DNA of 58,431 bases from a virus: IMG/VR virus record IMGVR_UViG_3300035665_000039, positions 1 to 58,431 of that record; one strand, written 5' to 3'. The notes beneath the pieces were generated by a model. It saw only the letters and a program-made list of their open reading frames with translations, had not been told where the DNA came from and searched no databases. Position 1 is the stretch's first letter, and each line of letters opens with the position of its first letter. A program made the position numbers and the translations under genes. Positions 54,812 to 58,431 of the stretch are shown here, one piece after another.

Positions 54812-57016
54812 TCAGATGCCCGATCCTTGACGCACCTTCAGCGCCGCTTCAGCGTTGAAGATCTGGCGCTCATTATCGATCTTGATGGCCTCGAGGCGCT
54901 CGCGTGCAGCGATCTCCTCGCGCGTGAGCTGCGCATCCTGGTCGAGCTTCACGAGGGTCATGTCACGATTGAGCGAAGCCTCGGTCATTGCGATCTCGTA
55001 CTCGGCCTGCTCGCGCTGCTTGTTGTACTCGACCTGCTGCGCCTGAAGTGCGCGAGCCTCCTTGACGTCGGCGAGCCTGGCCATGTCGACCTCGGCCTTG
55101 ATCTGAGCCGCGGCGATGCGCGGATCGCTCGGGGCGCCTTGCTGTGCGGCGGCTTCCATCTCCTGCTTGACCTGGTCCTCGGGCTTCATCATCGACTCGG
55201 GGTCGACCTTGAACGCCTTGAGGATTGCCTTGAGCTCTTCGCGCTCCTTCAGATGCGGGATGTAGCGCGGATTGTTCGTGATGGCCGCGAGGTTCAGCAG
55301 CGCCTGGTTCTGGATGTCGCGCTCGACCAGTGCGGTGGATCCGCGTGCGTCGACCTCGAAGTCGCCCTTGATCGCAGGATCGGGGTCGTTGGCCATCTTC
55401 CAGTCGTAGTAGCGCTCGAGGTGCGGACGGGTGATGTTGTCGTCGTAGAGCTTCACGCGCTGACGCAGCACCGCATTGGCATTGTTGTAGAGCATGACCA
55501 TGCCGCCGACCGTCTCGGGCGCAGAGCCTTTCTCGCCGCCCATGAGTTGCGGCATGCCGGTTTCCATGTCTGCGTACTGCATCGCCGAGTTGGCGATCGC
55601 CAGCAGCTCCTCGAGGTGCGAGGCGAATTCGAAGGTGGTCATCGCTGCACGGACGTCATCGAGCTCGTCCTTGGCCAGCCAGACCTTGTTCGGGGTGATC
55701 TCGTAGCTGCCATTCTGCGGAATGATCATGCCCTTCTTGATCACGATCTGGCCGCCCAGCGACACCCGTCCGTTGTCCATGACCTGGCGCCATGCGGAGT
55801 TGACGACGCGCTGCTGCTGCTCGAGCTCGTCGGGTAGACCGTAGCCGAAGGGCGAGTCATCGCGCTTGCGCCAGCACCAGACATCGATCGGCAGCGTCTT
55901 GTCCGGTACCCACGAGTCCATGGCGCCAACGACCTTGTCGTTGACGATCACGAGCACGCCGAACTCGACGTCGGTCAGCGGGTCGCCCGTGCGGCTCGAG
56001 AGCATCTCCATCTCTTCGGGCTCGATCTCGCCGTGGTAGGTCCACAGCTCGTAGGAGTCCTCGCGGATCATGTCGCGCACCACCCTACCCTCGGCCACGC
56101 GCAGGCGCTTGGGCTCCTGGCGCAGCACTTCGCGGATGGCTTCCGCGTCGTAGCCAGGAATGCCCACGAGCTTGCGAAGCTGCTTGCGGGTCACCATGCG
56201 GCGCACAAAAAAGCCTCGGCCGTTCTGGTGGTCGTTGCCGCAGGATGGGTCGAAGAACACATCCCACGGGTCCAGGCGCTCGGAGGCCGGGACGATCGAC
56301 TCCTTGATCTGGAGCTCCTGCACGCCGTTTGCGAGCGGCATCCAGACCTTGGCGGTCTGCCGGGCAGGGAATGGACCGTGCAGGATCATCGTACCCAGGC
56401 GCACGCCATCCTCGATGCCCTTGCGGCATTCGCCGTTGTAGTGGCACTCGGTCAGGCTGTCATCGATCGAGCGCTCCATGCCCTCGCAGGCTTCCTTGGC
56501 GGCCTGCATGATGGCGTCGGCCTCTTCGTTGGCGGTCAGCCCCGTGCGCTGGCCGGTCATCGGATCGACCGTCGGCGTGTTGTTGCCGACCATGGTGGCC
56601 AGCTCGGGCAGCGGCGTGGGCTTCAGTCCCCAGTTGCGATCGTCTACAGGGAACAGGATCTCGCACATGCGTGCGGTCGCCTGATCGACCTTCGGGCGCA
56701 CGATGTTGATCACGACCTTCGAGCGGTTGCCGTCTTGCGCTTTGCGGGCCGGCGGCCCGTTGCGCAGCGTGTTCTCGAATTCGTTCGGCGTGTTGATGTT
56801 GTCGCCGTAGTACAGGTCCGTGTTCTTGCGCCAGCGCTTCTCGACGTCGGTGAGCGTGGCCCTGGCCTGCACCCACTTATCGCGCATCTGCGTGAAGGTC
56901 GAGTAGAGCCTGTCGAGCTCGGCGCGCTGCATGCTCTCGAATTCGTCTTTGTCGACAAACCGATCGCCGACTTGGTAGGCGAGCTCTTGGGGGAAATCAG
57001 TTGCGTTCATGGTCAA
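54812..57016 (-). CDS. Portal protein (734 aa)
   Basis: Size, position directly after terL (ATGA overlap), and a charged helical C-terminal region. Confidence 0.7.
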   Translation of the reverse strand: MTMNATDFPQELAYQVGDRFVDKDEFESMQRAELDRLYSTFTQMRDKWVQARATLTDVEKRWRKNTDLYYGDNINTPNEFENTLRNGPPARKAQDGNRSKVVINIVRPKVDQATARMCEILFPVDDRNWGLKPTPLPELATMVGNNTPTVDPMTGQRTGLTANEEADAIMQAAKEACEGMERSIDDSLTECHYNGECRKGIEDGVRLGTMILHGPFPARQTAKVWMPLANGVQELQIKESIVPASERLDPWDVFFDPSCGNDHQNGRGFFVRRMVTRKQLRKLVGIPGYDAEAIREVLRQEPKRLRVAEGRVVRDMIREDSYELWTYHGEIEPEEMEMLSSRTGDPLTDVEFGVLVIVNDKVVGAMDSWVPDKTLPIDVWCWRKRDDSPFGYGLPDELEQQQRVVNSAWRQVMDNGRVSLGGQIVIKKGMIIPQNGSYEITPNKVWLAKDELDDVRAAMTTFEFASHLEELLAIANSAMQYADMETGMPQLMGGEKGSAPETVGGMVMLYNNANAVLRQRVKLYDDNITRPHLERYYDWKMANDPDPAIKGDFEVDARGSTALVERDIQNQALLNLAAITNNPRYIPHLKEREELKAILKAFKVDPESMMKPEDQVKQEMEAAAQQGAPSDPRIAAAQIKAEVDMARLADVKEARALQAQQVEYNKQREQAEYEIAMTEASLNRDMTLVKLDQDAQLTREEIAARERLEAIKIDNERQIFNAEAALKVRQGSGI

Positions 57017-58431
57017 TATCCTGTTACTTCATCAAGAGCGGCCCAGGCCGCCTGCATGCCGACGGGAACGACCCAGTCATCCGTCTTCTTGACCGGGTAC
57101 GCGAAGGTGAGCGCCAGTGAGTCGGCGCGGTCTGGGGATTTGATGCCCCGCTTCTTCGCGTCGTCCTTGCTCTCGATGAGCAGCAGTCCGCCGCGGTAGT
57201 TGTACTGAAGGGCTGTCAGGTCGGTGATCAGGTCGTTGTCGTTGGGGATCGACGCGCCGGTCTTGAGCCACTCGCGAAGGTCGCGCCACATGCGGGCGCG
57301 TAGGTTGTAGTTCTGGCCGTCGTCCACGCGCAGCGCCGAGTTGACGTCCACGACCATGTCGCCGAAGTCACGGCGCAGCATGTCGGCCACACCGGCACCG
57401 ATCCCGATCGTGTCGACCGCAATCTGCGACACGTCGCCGAGTTGGGCGCGGATCTCGTCTTTGGCGCGGCCTGCGACGTCCACGACGTCGAGCTTGCCGG
57501 CCACGATCTGGCGCAGCACCACCCTGCCCTGACGGAAGGTGAAGACGGTCTTGTCGTTGCCGAACCTGGCCACGTCGATGCCCATGATCACGGGGCCGTG
57601 TGCGATCAGGTCAGCCGGACCCTTGCGGGCTGCAGCCTGCACGATGTCGGAGCCGATGAACGCATTCGAGACCGAGGCGGTGTAGCTGCGGTCGATCTCC
57701 TGCGCGATGACGACCGGGTCGAGCTTGGCCTTCTGCTCTTCGTACCAGGCCTCGTCCTTGCGAGGGTCGTCTCGCCAGTCGAAGATGAACTTCGGGGTCT
57801 TGCCGTCGTGCGCCTTGCGGTAGAACGGGTTGCCCGCACCGTTCGGGGTCGAGACGTAGATTCGGCAGTTGGAGGTCTGCGAGAGCGCAGCGTCCGCGGC
57901 ATCCGGCCGCTCGAGGAACGCAGCCTCATCGATGAAGTAGATCGAGGTGCGGTTACCGCGGCCGATGTTGTCGCCTGCCTCGCCGACGATGAACGAACCC
58001 GACTCCGGGTTCTGGATCTTCATGAAGGGGGCGTGCTTGGTCACGTCCCAGCCGTCGGGCTGGAACTCTCCAGGCAGCATGTCCACGAACTGGCGAACCT
58101 TCCAGAAAAGGCTCGCGGGGTTGCCGATCTGATCGACGTAGTCCTCCTTGCGCGACCCGAACCCGGTGACCGTGCCTTCCTTGAAGAGCATCATCCACGA
58201 GGCAAACGCCACGCATAGCCACGAGACGCCTGCGTCTCGGCTCTTCTCCACGACGCCGTCCTGGCGCTGCAGCCAGCGGGCCAGCAGCCAGTCGATGAAC
58301 TCGCGCTGCTTGGGGAAGAGCACAAACGGCACGACCGTACGCAGGCCTCGCTCGGCCAGGCGCGGATCGAACGTCATGCCCCAGTCGTTGATGAAGTCCG
58401 CCGGGTGCCCGGCGTAGTAGTCCTGGAGCCT
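57013..58431 (-). CDS. terL: Terminase large subunit, main part (5' end runs off the linear window; true ATG at 226; 505 aa in the circle)
   Basis: The N-terminus ...DFINDWGMTFDPRLAERGLRTVVPFVLFPKQREFIDWL and Walker B-like SIYFIDEAAF. The ORF is open to the window end. Confidence 0.85.
   Translation of the reverse strand, partial: RLQDYYAGHPADFINDWGMTFDPRLAERGLRTVVPFVLFPKQREFIDWLLARWLQRQDGVVEKSRDAGVSWLCVAFASWMMLFKEGTVTGFGSRKEDYVDQIGNPASLFWKVRQFVDMLPGEFQPDGWDVTKHAPFMKIQNPESGSFIVGEAGDNIGRGNRTSIYFIDEAAFLERPDAADAALSQTSNCRIYVSTPNGAGNPFYRKAHDGKTPKFIFDWRDDPRKDEAWYEEQKAKLDPVVIAQEIDRSYTASVSNAFIGSDIVQAAARKGPADLIAHGPVIMGIDVARFGNDKTVFTFRQGRVVLRQIVAGKLDVVDVAGRAKDEIRAQLGDVSQIAVDTIGIGAGVADMLRRDFGDMVVDVNSALRVDDGQNYNLRARMWRDLREWLKTGASIPNDNDLITDLTALQYNYRGGLLLIESKDDAKKRGIKSPDRADSLALTFAYPVKKTDDWVVPVGMQAAWAALDEVTGY
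58305..58431. repeat. Contig-closure overlap, copy 2 (identical to 1-127)
   Basis: Same comparison as copy 1. Confidence 0.95.

Overview
This window is a complete, circularly closed genome of a GC-rich temperate tailed phage. Bases 1-127 repeat exactly at 58305-58431, so the unique length is 58,304 bp. I ran no similarity searches: every family name comes from motifs I recognise by eye, and start codons are my best choice.

**Layout**
- **Late operon (minus strand):** it runs from about 3.0 kb leftward through position 1, re-enters at 58.4 kb and continues down to 23.05 kb. In order it encodes small and large terminase (the large one spans the junction), portal, scaffold, major capsid, decoration-like and tail proteins, three tail-fibre-type proteins, a lysis cassette with embedded Rz/Rz1, internal or ejection proteins including a GNAT, and a 3,884-aa multidomain virion protein.
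- **Early/middle block (minus strand, 3.0-8.6 kb):** Cro/YdaS-like protein, primase-helicase, RusA, three winged-helix paralogues and a possible Q-like protein.
- **Plus-strand block (8.7-23.05 kb):** XRE repressor-like gene, about 15 small ORFs, a Sak4 / DUF669 / Cas4-like nuclease / DEAH helicase recombination module, DUF4224 Xis-like protein, tyrosine integrase, an attP that is the 3' part of tRNA-Cys(GCA), and a five-gene accessory cluster.

**Most notable observations**
1. Four Shine-Dalgarno-led small ORFs, all in the +1 frame, lie in the low-complexity linkers of the giant gene. Third-position GC is higher in the small-ORF frame than in the giant frame across all four. One has its own near-consensus sigma70 promoter, and one has an operator palindrome directly after a zeta-toxin-like domain.
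2. The 10-mer TATCACAATG occurs 16 times exactly. Every copy points in the direction of local transcription, and seven supply the ATG of a gene.
3. A family of sigma70-like promoters carries TATCAC-N4-GTGATA operators in the spacer.
4. Three units ordered promoter, short leader, intrinsic terminator precede the late gene blocks.
5. A cluster of nine TCACCCTCA iterons around an AT-rich core lies next to the primase-helicase gene.
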